From: Escherichia coli | GTDB taxonomy: Bacteria; Pseudomonadota; Gammaproteobacteria; Enterobacterales; Enterobacteriaceae | DNA: 64,000 nucleotides | Assembly: GCF_030384885.1 (NCBI RefSeq) | Contig: NZ_CP128613.1 | Direction: 5' to 3' (one strand) | Shown: piece after piece, positions 34,017 to 43,922 of the stretch | Position numbering within the stretch: the stretch's first letter is position 1 | Layout: the number at the start of each line of letters is the position of its first letter | Translations under genes and position numbers: made by a program | Notes under the pieces: generated by a model | Told to the model about the DNA's origin: nothing | Seen by the model: the letters and a program-made list of their open reading frames with translations, nothing else | Databases searched by the model: none

Positions 34017-34139
34017 TCACCAGGAGCCGCGGCTCCTTTGCGTATCCTTTTATGTCTCCTCACCGTCTGGTCGGTGTCTTGCTGAGACTTCTAACTTCCT
34101 GTTTTTGTTGGTGTTGTCCTTACACCGTCCAATCATGAT

Positions 34140-34183
34140 TGGTGGGCTGGCGGGAGTTGAACCCGCGTCCGAAATTCCTACAT
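34140..34183. repeat. attL: direct repeat of ssrA 3' end (1-nt deletion relative to attR copy)
   Basis: TGGTGG-GCTGGCGGGAGTTGAACCCGCGTCCGAAATTCCTACAT matches 48498-48542 except for one missing A. Confidence 0.85.
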
Positions 34184-34310
34184 ACTAATAATATATCTTT
34201 AAAATCAAAATATTCTATTATTTATCAATGTATTATGTTTATGTGGTGTTAAGGGGTTTATATGGGTTTTAGTTCTCTGCCGCCAAAATGCCGCCAAAAA
34301 AATTGAATGG

Positions 34311-34336
34311 TAAAACGCCAGTTCGTTGAACTGGCG
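34311..34336 (-). terminator. Rho-independent terminator of the dcd-like/thyX-like operon
   Basis: Perfect hairpin CGCCAGTTC-G-TTGAACTGGCG followed (on minus strand) by TTTT, 10 nt after the thyX-like stop. Confidence 0.55.
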
Positions 34337-34346
34337 AGATCTTGTC

Positions 34347-35114
34347 TTATTGTTTTATTATCTTAACGTGCGCCGTTCCTCCATTGACTTTTTCGAAATC
34401 TTGGAACAAGGCAGGGGCATCTTGAGTTACAATATCGTAAAGTTTTTCTGAAACTGTTCTCATTTCATAGTCACCCTGTATTGCTCCTCTCATTTCGAAG
34501 AAGTGTCGAATTGCGCGAGCATTTGCTGTGACGATTATTTTTGTCTCGGTTGCATTAGGCAATATAGAGCGAGAAGCGCTTCTTAAGGCCCGCATTTTTT
34601 CTTTTTTGTTCTCATACGATTGGTTTTCACGGATTTTTTTCAAGGATTGCTTATAAAAATCCAGACTACTTTCAATATGTTGGCACCATGACTTAAACAA
34701 TTCTGGGTCATTTTTTACTTCTATAGGGGCTACGAATTCAGCATCGGATTCATCATGATACTGTTGGGATAACTGGCTATATGAAAAACCAGCTCTATGC
34801 CGAACTAGCTGGTGTGTAAATGCACGAGATACCCCAGTAATTAAAAAGGTCCAGTTCAAATGTTCTAAGACACTTTCATGCCCTTGAATAATTAAATTGT
34901 TGATATATTGACTTGTAGTCCGTGGAGACTGCTTATCCTCTCCAAAAGACATATAACATAGCCTGCCAGCGGCCTCTACCAGAAGCTCAGCTTCGGTCGC
35001 CTGCCCTTTGCGAACCCATTGCAATGATGATGTGTTTAAAAAATCATCAAAAACATTACTTTCAAATGAAGGGTGTGATATGCATTTTACTGATAAATCA
35101 GAGATTTTTATCAT
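34347..35114 (-). CDS. ThyX-family (flavin-dependent thymidylate synthase, Thy1 domain) homolog
   Basis: 255 aa; signature RHR-x8-S (LVRHRAGFSYSQLSQQY), upstream GHESVLEH and downstream TANARAIRHFF blocks align with canonical ThyX (GHETPFEH ... WFRHRIASYNELSGRY ... TVNARSLMNF). Low GC. Confidence 0.75.
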   Translation of the reverse strand: MIKISDLSVKCISHPSFESNVFDDFLNTSSLQWVRKGQATEAELLVEAAGRLCYMSFGEDKQSPRTTSQYINNLIIQGHESVLEHLNWTFLITGVSRAFTHQLVRHRAGFSYSQLSQQYHDESDAEFVAPIEVKNDPELFKSWCQHIESSLDFYKQSLKKIRENQSYENKKEKMRALRSASRSILPNATETKIIVTANARAIRHFFEMRGAIQGDYEMRTVSEKLYDIVTQDAPALFQDFEKVNGGTAHVKIIKQ

Positions 35115-35116
35115 TT

Positions 35117-35902
35117 TTACTCCCGTATAGCTTTTGGGGTGCTTACTTTAGCATCAACCTTTGGTTCGTTTGATTTAGCATTTTTTAGTAATTCAACGGT
35201 GCTTTTTAGGCTATTTATTTCATTTTGTTGAACTTTTATTGTTAATTCAAGATCTTTTGTACTACTGACATTACTGGATACTATTTGAAATAAGAAAGGA
35301 ATTGCTAGGGTTATCAACGTTAGCATTAAGGCTGCTATCGCAATTATAAAGCCAGTTTTTTTCGCAATGATTTTATTGATTTCTTTCGGAAGTCGTTTAT
35401 CAAGTCCTGCAAAATCCTTTCCCATTCTAGAAAGTTGATCATCATCCAATTTATTTACGATTTTTCCTTGGTAACCTTTAGTCGGTATTATTGTTTTAAA
35501 TAATAACATTCGGGCTACTGCTGAATTTTGTGTCAATGAGAATGGTTCTTTTGACATATTTACAAGATATATTGAAATTATGCCATTATATCCAGGGTCA
35601 ATATGCCCTGGATTCGTCATGATAATTCCATTTTTTGATAGTGTGTTTCTTGGAAATATTACACCAGCTAAATTTTTTGCAAGTTGGAATTTTTCATTTA
35701 ACTCTAATATTACAGTTTCCCCTGGCATCAGGATATGGTTGTTACGTGTTTTTTTATTGTCTTGACAGTCTGGTATATGTATTGTTTTTACAGAGAGATC
35801 AATGCTTGCAGATTGAACTTTAAATGTTCCATTTAATACCGTTAATGGATCAAAAATGTTGCCTCGCTGAATTTCATCATTGATTTCTATTTCAGACAGC
35901 AT
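35117..35902 (-). CDS. dCTP deaminase/dUTPase-superfamily protein with C-terminal transmembrane helix and coiled-coil tail
   Basis: 261 aa; residues 1-150 align with E. coli Dcd (ASIDLSVKT / LMPGETVILEL / GHIDPGYNGIISIYLVNMSKEPFSLTQNSAVARMLL vs ATVDVRLGN / LHPGELALAV / [34 protein letters not shown]); C-terminal hydrophobic segment GFIIAIAALMLTLITLAIPFLF then K/E-rich tail. 2-bp gap to the thyX-like gene. Confidence 0.75.
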   Translation of the reverse strand: MLSEIEINDEIQRGNIFDPLTVLNGTFKVQSASIDLSVKTIHIPDCQDNKKTRNNHILMPGETVILELNEKFQLAKNLAGVIFPRNTLSKNGIIMTNPGHIDPGYNGIISIYLVNMSKEPFSLTQNSAVARMLLFKTIIPTKGYQGKIVNKLDDDQLSRMGKDFAGLDKRLPKEINKIIAKKTGFIIAIAALMLTLITLAIPFLFQIVSSNVSSTKDLELTIKVQQNEINSLKSTVELLKNAKSNEPKVDAKVSTPKAIRE

Positions 35903-35928
35903 ATCAAAATCCTATATTTGTAAAGTTA

Positions 35929-36942
35929 TTATAAATTAGCCAGAGGGTTTTTTATTACTGCATCTTCAAGATGCTCTGGGGAAAAATGTGCATAAATCAT
36001 AGTCATTTTTATATCAGAGTGGCCTAAAATATCTCGTAAAACCAAAATATTACCACCATTCATCATAAAATGGCTGGCGAATGTATGGCGCAGAACGTGA
36101 GTGCATTGGCCCTCTGGTAACTCAATGTCAGCTCGCTTTACTGCTCGTTCAAAGGCTTTTCTGCAAGGAGTGAATAACTTCCCTCTGTTCTTAGGGAGTT
36201 CGTCATACAGATCCTGAGATATCGGCACGGTACGGTTTTTCTTGCCCTTAGTCTTGGTATAGGTGATCCGGTATTTCGATAACTGATGGCCCTGCAGATT
36301 TTCGGCTTCACTCCAGCGCGCGCCGGTGGCCAGGCATATTTTTGTAATTAAAAGTAGACTGGGGCTTTGAGAATCAGCACAGGCATCCAGCAGACGTTTA
36401 ATTTCTTCCGGGGTCAGGAACGACAGTTCACCCTCAGCAATTTTAAATGTTGGCAGCCCGGCAAGCGGATTGGGGGCTGACCAGTGGCCCAACTTTTTCA
36501 GTGTGCCAAAAACAGATGATAGGTTGCGCTGTTCAAGGTTTACAGTGCGGGGCTTAACGGGCGACATAAGCGTGCCCTCTTCATTTCGCACTTCACCTTT
36601 TAGCCGCGCTTCTCGGTATTTAGTAAAATCACCGGCTGTCAGCTCTGAGGCGATGGGATCGCCTAGACCATTACAGATAATTCTAAGTTTCGCCATGAGG
36701 CGCTTGGGGTCTGCGAGTGTTTGACCATACAGGGAATACCACTGCTCAATTAATTCTGATAGGTGTCGCCGATCTTCCTTTTCCCCCAGCCATGGCTTTT
36801 TGTTCACTTCTTCCATTGTGAAGCTTTCAAAAGCAATGGCTTCGCCTTTCGTAGCAAATTGCTTACGCACGCGCTTGCCATTGCGTCCATGGGGATAGCA
36901 CTCGCACAACCATTTACCGTTTGGCTGTTTTCTGACAGTCAT
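35929..36942 (-). CDS. int: Tyrosine recombinase, P2/186-type prophage integrase
   Basis: 337 aa; N-terminal GRNGKRVRKQFATKGEAIAFE, catalytic-region motifs (LATGARWSEA, HVLRHTFASHF, MIYAHF) typical of P2-like integrases. Confidence 0.85.
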   Translation of the reverse strand: MTVRKQPNGKWLCECYPHGRNGKRVRKQFATKGEAIAFESFTMEEVNKKPWLGEKEDRRHLSELIEQWYSLYGQTLADPKRLMAKLRIICNGLGDPIASELTAGDFTKYREARLKGEVRNEEGTLMSPVKPRTVNLEQRNLSSVFGTLKKLGHWSAPNPLAGLPTFKIAEGELSFLTPEEIKRLLDACADSQSPSLLLITKICLATGARWSEAENLQGHQLSKYRITYTKTKGKKNRTVPISQDLYDELPKNRGKLFTPCRKAFERAVKRADIELPEGQCTHVLRHTFASHFMMNGGNILVLRDILGHSDIKMTMIYAHFSPEHLEDAVIKNPLANL

Positions 36943-36944
36943 GT

Positions 36945-37577
36945 TTAGATACTCTTTATTACTTTGACTGCACGCCCAATAACTTCCACATCATCAGTAG
37001 AGCACTCGAAAGACGCTTCATCTTGATTTACTACAATCTTATTGCCGGGAATCCGCATGATTTTTGCAACAATAATCATTCCATCAATATTGATAAGCCA
37101 GAATCCATTGCTGACCTGTTTAATTGATTTATCGATGAGATAACAATTAGTAGGGGTTTCTAAGAACATCAATTCTTCATAATCTGCAGGTAATATGCTG
37201 TGGTCTAGGAAAATCTCTTCATCAATACTGAGTTGTCCATTCTCCAGGGTTCCTTTAGGAATAGCTGGAGTTATGAGTTTGGATAACGGTTTAATTGCTT
37301 GTTTGTTCTCATTATGAGAACTTTTCTCAGGCTCAGCTCCTCCTTTCATGCTTCCCTGTCCTGTAGCTAACCAAAGCAACGAAACACCGGTTTCTAGTGC
37401 GCACTGAATTATCCAGTCAGCAGGAAAGCTGTCACGTAACACTCTGTTTGCCATAGTGCTTTTTGAGACATTCAGGTGCTCGCTTAATGCCTGCTTAGTT
37501 GTGAATCCATAAGCCTCAAGCAGCCTTTCAATAGCTGCCTTACCTCCCGTATCGGAACCCATTCTGATGTTTAACAT
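36945..37577 (-). CDS. Phage CI-like repressor (186 CI-type HTH)
   Basis: 210 aa; HTH region LSEHLNVSKSTMANRVL; immediately upstream of and overlapping int start (cI-int operon), divergent from apl/cox-like gene. Confidence 0.7.
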   Translation of the reverse strand: MLNIRMGSDTGGKAAIERLLEAYGFTTKQALSEHLNVSKSTMANRVLRDSFPADWIIQCALETGVSLLWLATGQGSMKGGAEPEKSSHNENKQAIKPLSKLITPAIPKGTLENGQLSIDEEIFLDHSILPADYEELMFLETPTNCYLIDKSIKQVSNGFWLINIDGMIIVAKIMRIPGNKIVVNQDEASFECSTDDVEVIGRAVKVIKSI

Positions 37578-37698
37578 TGGTGATCTCCATTTGACAATCT
37601 TGAATCAAGATCGTAATGTCTTCATGTCTCTTGATGTGAGAGTTTAAGAGACGGGCTAAAACGAACTAACACGCACACAAAGTAAGAGATACTGCACT

Positions 37699-37941
37699 AT
37701 GAGTACTGATATTTCAATTCGTGTACCAAAAGAGATGGCTACGCCTGCAGAGTTCGCAGAGTGGGAGGGTATTTCCCGCGGCTCTGTTTACCAAAAAATT
37801 CACCATGGTCAACTTGCTAAGTACATGGTCAAGAAAGAAAAAAACAAAGGCCGCGTAAGCCTGCGTTATCTGATGTACAAAACCGATCAGGTCCGTGAAT
37901 CCCTCGGTCATTCCAACTTCCGCGTCATTGTTGGTAAGTAA
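37699..37941 (+). CDS. Apl/Cox-like excisionase/lytic switch regulator
   Basis: 80-aa basic protein divergently transcribed from cI-like gene, HTH-like EWEGISRGSVYQKI. Confidence 0.6.
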   Translation: MSTDISIRVPKEMATPAEFAEWEGISRGSVYQKIHHGQLAKYMVKKEKNKGRVSLRYLMYKTDQVRESLGHSNFRVIVGK

Positions 37942-37973
37942 GTTCAATTATGGGAACTTTCTAAGGGGGCACC

Positions 37974-38483
37974 ATGTTTGATTACAAGATTTCCAAACAT
38001 CCGCATTTCGATGAAGCCTGTAGGGCTTTTGCACTGCGCCACAACCTGGTGCAACTGGCAGAACGTGCAGGCATGAATGTGCAGATTCTGCGGAACAAGC
38101 TGAACCCAGCTCAACCTCATTTATTAACTGCACCAGAAATCTGGTTGCTTACCGATCTGACTGAAGATTCAACGCTGGTAGATGGTTTTCTGGCTCAGAT
38201 TCACTGCCTGCCATGTGTACCGATTAATGAGGTGGCAAAAGAGAAACTGCCACATTACGTCATGAGTGCAACCGCAGAGATCGGGCGTGTCGCGGCAGGT
38301 GCGGTTTCTGGCGATGTAAAAACCAGTGCAGGCCGTCGTGATGCGATCAGCAGCATTAACTCTGTTACACGACTGATGGCGCTGGCTGCTGTTTCATTGC
38401 AGGCCCGTTTACAGGCTAATCCTGCGATGGCGAGTGCGGTTGATACCGTGACTGGCCTCGGTGCTTCATTCGGTTTGCTGTGA
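37974..38483 (+). CDS. CII-like phage regulatory protein (186 CII-like)
   Basis: 169 aa; position and size match phage 186 CII; HTH-like N-terminus. Confidence 0.6.
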   Translation: MFDYKISKHPHFDEACRAFALRHNLVQLAERAGMNVQILRNKLNPAQPHLLTAPEIWLLTDLTEDSTLVDGFLAQIHCLPCVPINEVAKEKLPHYVMSATAEIGRVAAGAVSGDVKTSAGRRDAISSINSVTRLMALAAVSLQARLQANPAMASAVDTVTGLGASFGLL

Positions 38484-38489
38484 GGTGCT

Positions 38490-38787
38490 TATGCTGATGA
38501 AAGAACCATCATTTGCATCGCTCCTGGTAAAACAAAGTCCGGCAATGCACTACGGTCACGGCTGGATCATGGGTGAGGATGGTAAACGCTGGCATCCGTA
38601 CCGTTCACAAGATGAATTGCTGTCTGAATTGACCACGAGGAAACGGAGAAAGTCCAAATGTATGCGGCAGAAAATAAAGTGGTTTATCACTTTCGTTACA
38701 GAGGGGAGAATTATTCAGTACCTGAAGATGATTTGCTCTGTTGCTATCCGTCGTTGTCGGGCGATGGTAGCTACTTTTTCACGCTAA
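38490..38787 (+). CDS. Hypothetical small phage protein (possibly shorter; overlaps next ORF out of frame)
   Basis: ORF begins MLMKEPSFASLLVKQSPAMHYGHGWIMGEDGKRWHPYRSQDELLSEL; distal part overlaps 38658-38882 and may be a read-through artefact. Confidence 0.35.
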
Positions 38788-38882
38788 AGGATGGAACCTT
38801 TATACGTGGTGAAAAAGTACAAGAAGTGATGCGTATAAAGACATCACCTCTTGAACGTTATCGGCGAAATATTTATCGGTAA
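38658..38882 (+). CDS. Hypothetical small phage protein
   Basis: 74 aa, preceded by GGAGAAAG Shine-Dalgarno. Confidence 0.5.
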   Translation: MYAAENKVVYHFRYRGENYSVPEDDLLCCYPSLSGDGSYFFTLKDGTFIRGEKVQEVMRIKTSPLERYRRNIYR

Positions 38883-39121
38883 CGATCTATCAGTGTCTGT
38901 ATCAGATGAGTGAATTCTTGTTGTTTAACCGAACCTAAAGGAAGTTTGTTTAATTCTTCGCGGAGGAGCTCAAAAAATGCTGATTGATTTGCTGAGTCAG
39001 TTCGAAATAAGGAGTGGATCAGACCTGAAACAAGAATTCGTTGAACAGCAACCTCATCGCGAAGACTGGAGATCTCGTTTTCAAGTTGCTCTATACGCTC
39101 TCTTTCAACCGGGTTCAACAT
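38873..39121 (-). CDS. Hypothetical coiled-coil protein (82 aa), opposite strand to early operon
   Basis: ORF MLNPVERERIEQLENEISSLRDEVAVQRILVSGLIHSLF...; heptad-like pattern; opposite orientation to flanking genes. Confidence 0.4.
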   Translation of the reverse strand: MLNPVERERIEQLENEISSLRDEVAVQRILVSGLIHSLFRTDSANQSAFFELLREELNKLPLGSVKQQEFTHLIQTLIDRYR

Positions 39122-39202
39122 TGATGATTCCTTCTAGCTATCAATATGTTGGTAATGGATCATATCAAAAATTTTTTAGTAGATGTGTTGTGGGATGCAT
39201 AA

Positions 39203-39544
39203 ATGGCTATTGAAGGCACTGCGGCGACTGTTCCATTAAGCCCCGGTGAACGCCTGAATGGACTTAATCACATTGCGGAGTTAAGGGCGAAAGTTTTTGG
39301 CCTGAATATTGAGTCAGAGCTTGAGCGGTTTATTAAAGATATGCGTGATTCACGGGATATTAATAGCGAACAAAATAAACGGGCACTGGCTGCCATATTC
39401 TTTATGGCAAAAATTCCAGCTGAACGTCATAGCATCAGCATTAATGAGCTGACCACTGACGAAAAGCGGGAGTTGATTAAAGCAATGAATCATTTTCGTG
39501 CAGTGGTGAGCTTATTTCCCAGACGGCTAACCATGCCGAATTAA
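39203..39544 (+). CDS. Hypothetical phage protein (113 aa)
   Basis: ORF in early-operon orientation. Confidence 0.5.
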   Translation: MAIEGTAATVPLSPGERLNGLNHIAELRAKVFGLNIESELERFIKDMRDSRDINSEQNKRALAAIFFMAKIPAERHSISINELTTDEKRELIKAMNHFRAVVSLFPRRLTMPN

Positions 39545-39605
39545 CCAACTAATGAAATTAATGGCGTAAACCCGCCGGGCATCCCTTTATCTAAATTCAG
39601 GAGAA

Positions 39606-39845
39606 TTGATTATGCGTAATATTGAAACCCTCTCGACCAAAACCGGACCGGATGACGCAGGGCTTAATATTTTACTGACAGAGGCTCGTCTGGAAGAACG
39701 CCGGGCAAGGGCTGAAGCAATGGCAGCTCGCCTTGATAGCCTGGCGTGTCATATCACATCCCGCCAGCTAACCCACGTCGAAGCGGCAGAACTGCTTCGT
39801 GTGACTGCTGAAGCAATCCAGAACGAAGCGCAGGAGATCCACTGA
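39606..39845 (+). CDS. Hypothetical phage protein (79 aa)
   Basis: ORF with GGAGAA RBS; stop overlaps next start (ATGA). Confidence 0.5.
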   Translation: MIMRNIETLSTKTGPDDAGLNILLTEARLEERRARAEAMAARLDSLACHITSRQLTHVEAAELLRVTAEAIQNEAQEIH

Positions 39846-40072
39846 TGGCTGATGCAATGGATCTCGTACAGCAGCGCGTTGAAGAAGAACGCCAACGCCA
39901 TATCCGTGCTGCCCGTGCCAAAACGCCGGGCGTGTCCCGCGTGCTTTGCATTGAGTGTGAAGCGCCAATTCCGCCAGCACGCCGCCGTGCCATTCCGGGT
40001 GTGCAGCTTTGCATTACCTGTCAGGAAATCGCAGAGCTGAAAGGCAAACATTACAACGGAGGTGCTGTATGA
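39845..40072 (+). CDS. TraR/DksA-family C4 zinc-finger protein
   Basis: 75 aa with CIECEAPI...CITCQ four-Cys motif. Confidence 0.7.
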   Translation: MADAMDLVQQRVEEERQRHIRAARAKTPGVSRVLCIECEAPIPPARRRAIPGVQLCITCQEIAELKGKHYNGGAV

Positions 40073-40926
40073 GCACCATCCTGAAATGGGCGGGAAATAA
40101 AACTGCCATAATGTCCGAACTGAAAAAACATCTTCCTGCTGGCCCGCGACTGGTTGAACCTTTCGCGGGTTCCTGTGCTGTGATGATGGAGACGGATTAT
40201 CCCAGCTATCTGGTTGCGGATATTAATCCTGATTTAATCAACCTCTATAAAAAGGTTGCCGCTGATTGTGAATCGTTTATATCTCGCGCCAGAGTTTTAT
40301 TTGAGATCGCAAACAGGGAGGTGGCTTATTACAACATAAGGCAGGAGTTTAATTACTCAACTGAAATTACTGATTTCATGAAAGCGGTATATTTCCTGTA
40401 TCTCAATCGTCACGGTTACCGTGGTTTATGTCGCTATAACAAGAGCGGGCATTTCAACATTCCCTACGGTAATTATAAAAATCCGTATTTCCCTGAAAAA
40501 GAAATTCGCGCATTTGCAGAAAAGGCCCAGCGAGCAACGTTTATCTGCGCCAGCTTTGATGAAACGCTGGCGATGTTGAAGGCGGGGGATGTGGTGTATT
40601 GCGATCCGCCGTATGACGGTACGTTTTCCGGCTATCACACTGACGGCTTCACTGAAGATGACCAGTATCACCTGGCATCTGTTCTTGAACATCGGTCATC
40701 AGAAGGACATCCGGTCATTGTTTCTAACAGTGACACATCCCTGATCCGTTCGCTGTATCGCAATTTTACTCACCACTACATCAAGGCAAAACGCAGCATC
40801 GGTGTGGCAGCTGGCGAGGGTAAATCAGCAACAGAAATCATTGCTGTTTCCGGGCCGCGCTGCTGGGTGGGATTTGATTATTCGCGTGGCGTGGATAGTT
40901 CTGCCGTGTACGGAGTACGTGCATGA
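40069..40926 (+). CDS. DNA adenine methyltransferase (Dam-like, D12 class N6-adenine MTase)
   Basis: Protein [25 protein letters not shown]...EPFAGSCAV... and DPPY catalytic motif (VYCDPPYDG). Confidence 0.85.
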   Translation: MSTILKWAGNKTAIMSELKKHLPAGPRLVEPFAGSCAVMMETDYPSYLVADINPDLINLYKKVAADCESFISRARVLFEIANREVAYYNIRQEFNYSTEITDFMKAVYFLYLNRHGYRGLCRYNKSGHFNIPYGNYKNPYFPEKEIRAFAEKAQRATFICASFDETLAMLKAGDVVYCDPPYDGTFSGYHTDGFTEDDQYHLASVLEHRSSEGHPVIVSNSDTSLIRSLYRNFTHHYIKAKRSIGVAAGEGKSATEIIAVSGPRCWVGFDYSRGVDSSAVYGVRA

Positions 40927-43337
40927 GTCATGCCGATATGAACAACTGCTGCGGCTTTAACGAAGCTGCCGCATCGTTCTCATGGAACAGCCCGAAAAAG
41001 GCCATTAACCCTTATCTGGACCCGGCGGAAGTTGCGCCGGTTTCTGCGCTTTCAAACCTGATCACTCTGTACGCTACTGATAACGAGCAGGAACAACTGC
41101 GCCGCGAGGCACTGAGTGATCAGGTCTGGGAGCGTTATTTCTTTAATGAATCCCGTGATCCTGTCCAACGCGAAATGGAGCAGGATAAGCTCATTAGCCG
41201 GGCAAAGATGGCGCATGAGCAGCAGCGTTTTAATCCAGACATGGTCATTCTGACTGACGTCAACGCCCAGCCTTCCCATATCAGCAAGCCGCTGATGCAA
41301 CGTATTGAATATTTCAGCAGCCTGGGCAGGCCAAAGGCTTATTCCCGCTATTTGCGTGAGACGATTAAGCCATGTCTGGAACGACTGGAGCATGTACGCG
41401 ACAGCCAGCTATCTGCATCTTTTCGTTTTATGGCAAGCCATGAAGGGCTGGACGGTCTGCTGATCCTGCCTGAAATGAGTCAGGATCAGGTGAAACGCCT
41501 GTCTACCCTTGTCGCTGCGCATATGAGCATGTGTCTTGATGCCGCTTGTGGTGATTTGTACGCCTCCGATGATGTTAAGCCAGAAGAAATCCGCAAGACA
41601 TGGGAAAAGGTGGCTGCAGAAACCCTGCGACTGGATGTCATACCGCCTGCGTTTGAGCAACTCCGCCGGAAAAGAAACCGCCGCAAACCTGTGCCTTATG
41701 AACTCATTCCGGGTTCGCTGGCGCGTATGCTGTGCGCCGACTGGTGGTATCGGAAATTATGGAAGATACGTTGCGAATGGCGGGAAGAGCAGTTGCGTGC
41801 TGTCTGCCTGGTCAGCAAAAAAGCATCTCCCTATGTCAGCTATGAAGCCGTGATGCATAAACGTGAGCAGCGCCGTAAGTCGCTGGAGTTTTTCCGTTCT
41901 CATGAACTGGTGAACGAAGACGGCGACACGCTGAACATGGAGGATGTGGTAAACACCAGCAGCAGCAACCCGGCGCATCGCCGCAACGAGATGATGGCCT
42001 GTGTTAAAGGCCTAGAGCTTATCGCGGAAATGCGTGGTGACTGCGCCGTTTTCTACACCATCACCTGTCCGTCACGTTTCCATTCCACGCTAAATAACGG
42101 CAGGCCAAACCCGACCTGGACCAACGCGACAGTAAGACAAAGCAGCGATTATCTGGTCGGCATGTTTGCTGCATTTCGTAAGGCTATGCACAAAGCCGGG
42201 TTGCGCTGGTATGGCGTGCGGGTGGCTGAGCCGCATCATGACGGCACAGTTCACTGGCACCTGTTGTGTTTCATGCGCAAAAAAGACCGCCGCGCCATTA
42301 CTGCATTGTTGCGTAAGTTTGCCATCCGTGAAGACCGCGAGGAGCTGGGCAATAACACGGGGCCACGCTTTAAGTCTGAGCTGATAAACCCGCGCAAAGG
42401 AACGCCGACAAGCTACATTGCGAAATATATCAGTAAGAATATTGACGGGCGTGGTCTGGCTGGCGAGATCAGTAAGGAAACGGGTAAATCCCTGCGTGAT
42501 AACGCTGAATACGTTAATGCCTGGGCGTCTCTGCATCGTGTTCAGCAATTCCGCTTCTTTGGCATTCCGGGGCGTCAGGCTTACCGTGAACTGCGATTGC
42601 TGGCTGGTCAGGCGGCAAGGCAACAGGGTGACAAAAAAGCAGGTGCGCCGGTACTGGATAACCCGCGCCTTGATGCCATCCTGGCTGCTGCTGATGCTGG
42701 TTGTTTTGCCTCCTACATCATGAAGCAGGGCGGCGTACTGGTTCCCCGCAAATATCACCTCATCAGAACCGCTTATGAAATCAACGAAGAGCCGACCGCC
42801 TATGGCGATCACGGTATTCGTATTTATGGCATCTGGTCACCCATTGCAGAGGGCAAGATCTGCACTCATGCAGTGAAGTGGAAAATGGTTCGTAAGGCCG
42901 TTGACGTTCAGGAGGCGGCAGCCGACCAGGGCGCTTGCGCCCCTTGGACTCGTGGCAATAACTGTCCCCTTGCTGAAAATTTGAACCAACAGGAGAAAGA
43001 TAAATCAGCTGATGGGGACACCAGAACGGACATTACCCGCATGGATGACAAGGAGTTGCACGATTACCTGCACAGTATGAGCAAAAAAGAGCGCCGGGAA
43101 CTGGCTGCAAGGTTACGCCAGGTGAAACCGAAACGGCGTAAAGACTACAAACAGCGAATTACAGACCATCAGCGACAGCAGCTCGTCTATGAACTGAAGT
43201 CCAGGGGATTTGATGGCAGTGAGAAAGAAGTCGATTTGCTCCTTCGCGGTGGCAGTATTCCGTCAGGAGCAGGCCTGCGTATTTTCTATCGGAACCAGCG
43301 TCTGAAGGAAGATGATAAGTGGCGGAACCTGTATTAA
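40923..43337 (+). CDS. Phage replication initiation protein (186/P2 gene A-type endonuclease)
   Basis: 804-aa protein following Dam in early operon; size and position match P2/186 protein A. Confidence 0.7.
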   Translation: MSHADMNNCCGFNEAAASFSWNSPKKAINPYLDPAEVAPVSALSNLITLYATDNEQEQLRREALSDQVWERYFFNESRDPVQREMEQDKLISRAKMAHEQQRFNPDMVILTDVNAQPSHISKPLMQRIEYFSSLGRPKAYSRYLRETIKPCLERLEHVRDSQLSASFRFMASHEGLDGLLILPEMSQDQVKRLSTLVAAHMSMCLDAACGDLYASDDVKPEEIRKTWEKVAAETLRLDVIPPAFEQLRRKRNRRKPVPYELIPGSLARMLCADWWYRKLWKIRCEWREEQLRAVCLVSKKASPYVSYEAVMHKREQRRKSLEFFRSHELVNEDGDTLNMEDVVNTSSSNPAHRRNEMMACVKGLELIAEMRGDCAVFYTITCPSRFHSTLNNGRPNPTWTNATVRQSSDYLVGMFAAFRKAMHKAGLRWYGVRVAEPHHDGTVHWHLLCFMRKKDRRAITALLRKFAIREDREELGNNTGPRFKSELINPRKGTPTSYIAKYISKNIDGRGLAGEISKETGKSLRDNAEYVNAWASLHRVQQFRFFGIPGRQAYRELRLLAGQAARQQGDKKAGAPVLDNPRLDAILAAADAGCFASYIMKQGGVLVPRKYHLIRTAYEINEEPTAYGDHGIRIYGIWSPIAEGKICTHAVKWKMVRKAVDVQEAAADQGACAPWTRGNNCPLAENLNQQEKDKSADGDTRTDITRMDDKELHDYLHSMSKKERRELAARLRQVKPKRRKDYKQRITDHQRQQLVYELKSRGFDGSEKEVDLLLRGGSIPSGAGLRIFYRNQRLKEDDKWRNLY

Positions 43338-43489
43338 TTACGCGGGTTAACAATTCGTGCCCTTAATAATACCAGGCATATCAGGCTGATGAATGTAAAA
43401 AAACGTTTTACATCAGTAAGATTATTATATACTGTAAATATAAACAGTGGTTATCTATACAGTATTGCTTTGGTGTCATAGGAGGAAAG

Positions 43490-43678
43490 ATGCAGGACTA
43501 TTTTTTGGAGTCTTTGAAGCTCCAGCGCATTGATTTTTTTCTTAAGCTTGTAGCGGCTAGTGAGTGTAGTGATGAAGAGAAGGGGCTGGCTCTGCAGTGG
43601 GTTTCTGAACTGACAGATGAACTCATGGCAAAAATCAGAACCCACGAATACAACCGCTCAATGGATGTCATCAGCTGA
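43490..43678 (+). CDS. Hypothetical protein (62 aa)
   Basis: Small ORF with GGAGGAAAG RBS upstream of ATG. Confidence 0.45.
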   Translation: MQDYFLESLKLQRIDFFLKLVAASECSDEEKGLALQWVSELTDELMAKIRTHEYNRSMDVIS

Positions 43679-43688
43679 GGTGACTTTT

Positions 43689-43922
43689 ATGCGCATTGAA
43701 ATAATGATCGATAAAGAGCAGAAGATTAGCCAGTCTACCCTGGACGCCCTTGAATCCGAGCTTTACCGCAATCTGCGCCCCCTGTATCCCAAAACGGTAA
43801 TCCGTATCCGTAAAGGTAGCTCTAACGGTGTGGAACTGACCGGACTGCAACTGGACGAAGAAAGAAAACAAGTGATGAAAATTATGCAGAAGGTGTGGGA
43901 AGACGACAGCTGGCTGCATTGA
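43689..43922 (+). CDS. DinI-family protein
   Basis: 77 aa MRIEIMIDKEQKISQSTLDALESELYRNLRPLYP...VWEDDSWLH, resembling DinI (MRIEVTIAK...DALAGELSRR...W...). Confidence 0.7.
   Translation: MRIEIMIDKEQKISQSTLDALESELYRNLRPLYPKTVIRIRKGSSNGVELTGLQLDEERKQVMKIMQKVWEDDSWLH

Noticed and set aside
42090-42812. 240-aa minus-strand ORF
   Set aside because: Antisense within the replication protein A gene; no RBS or motif support.
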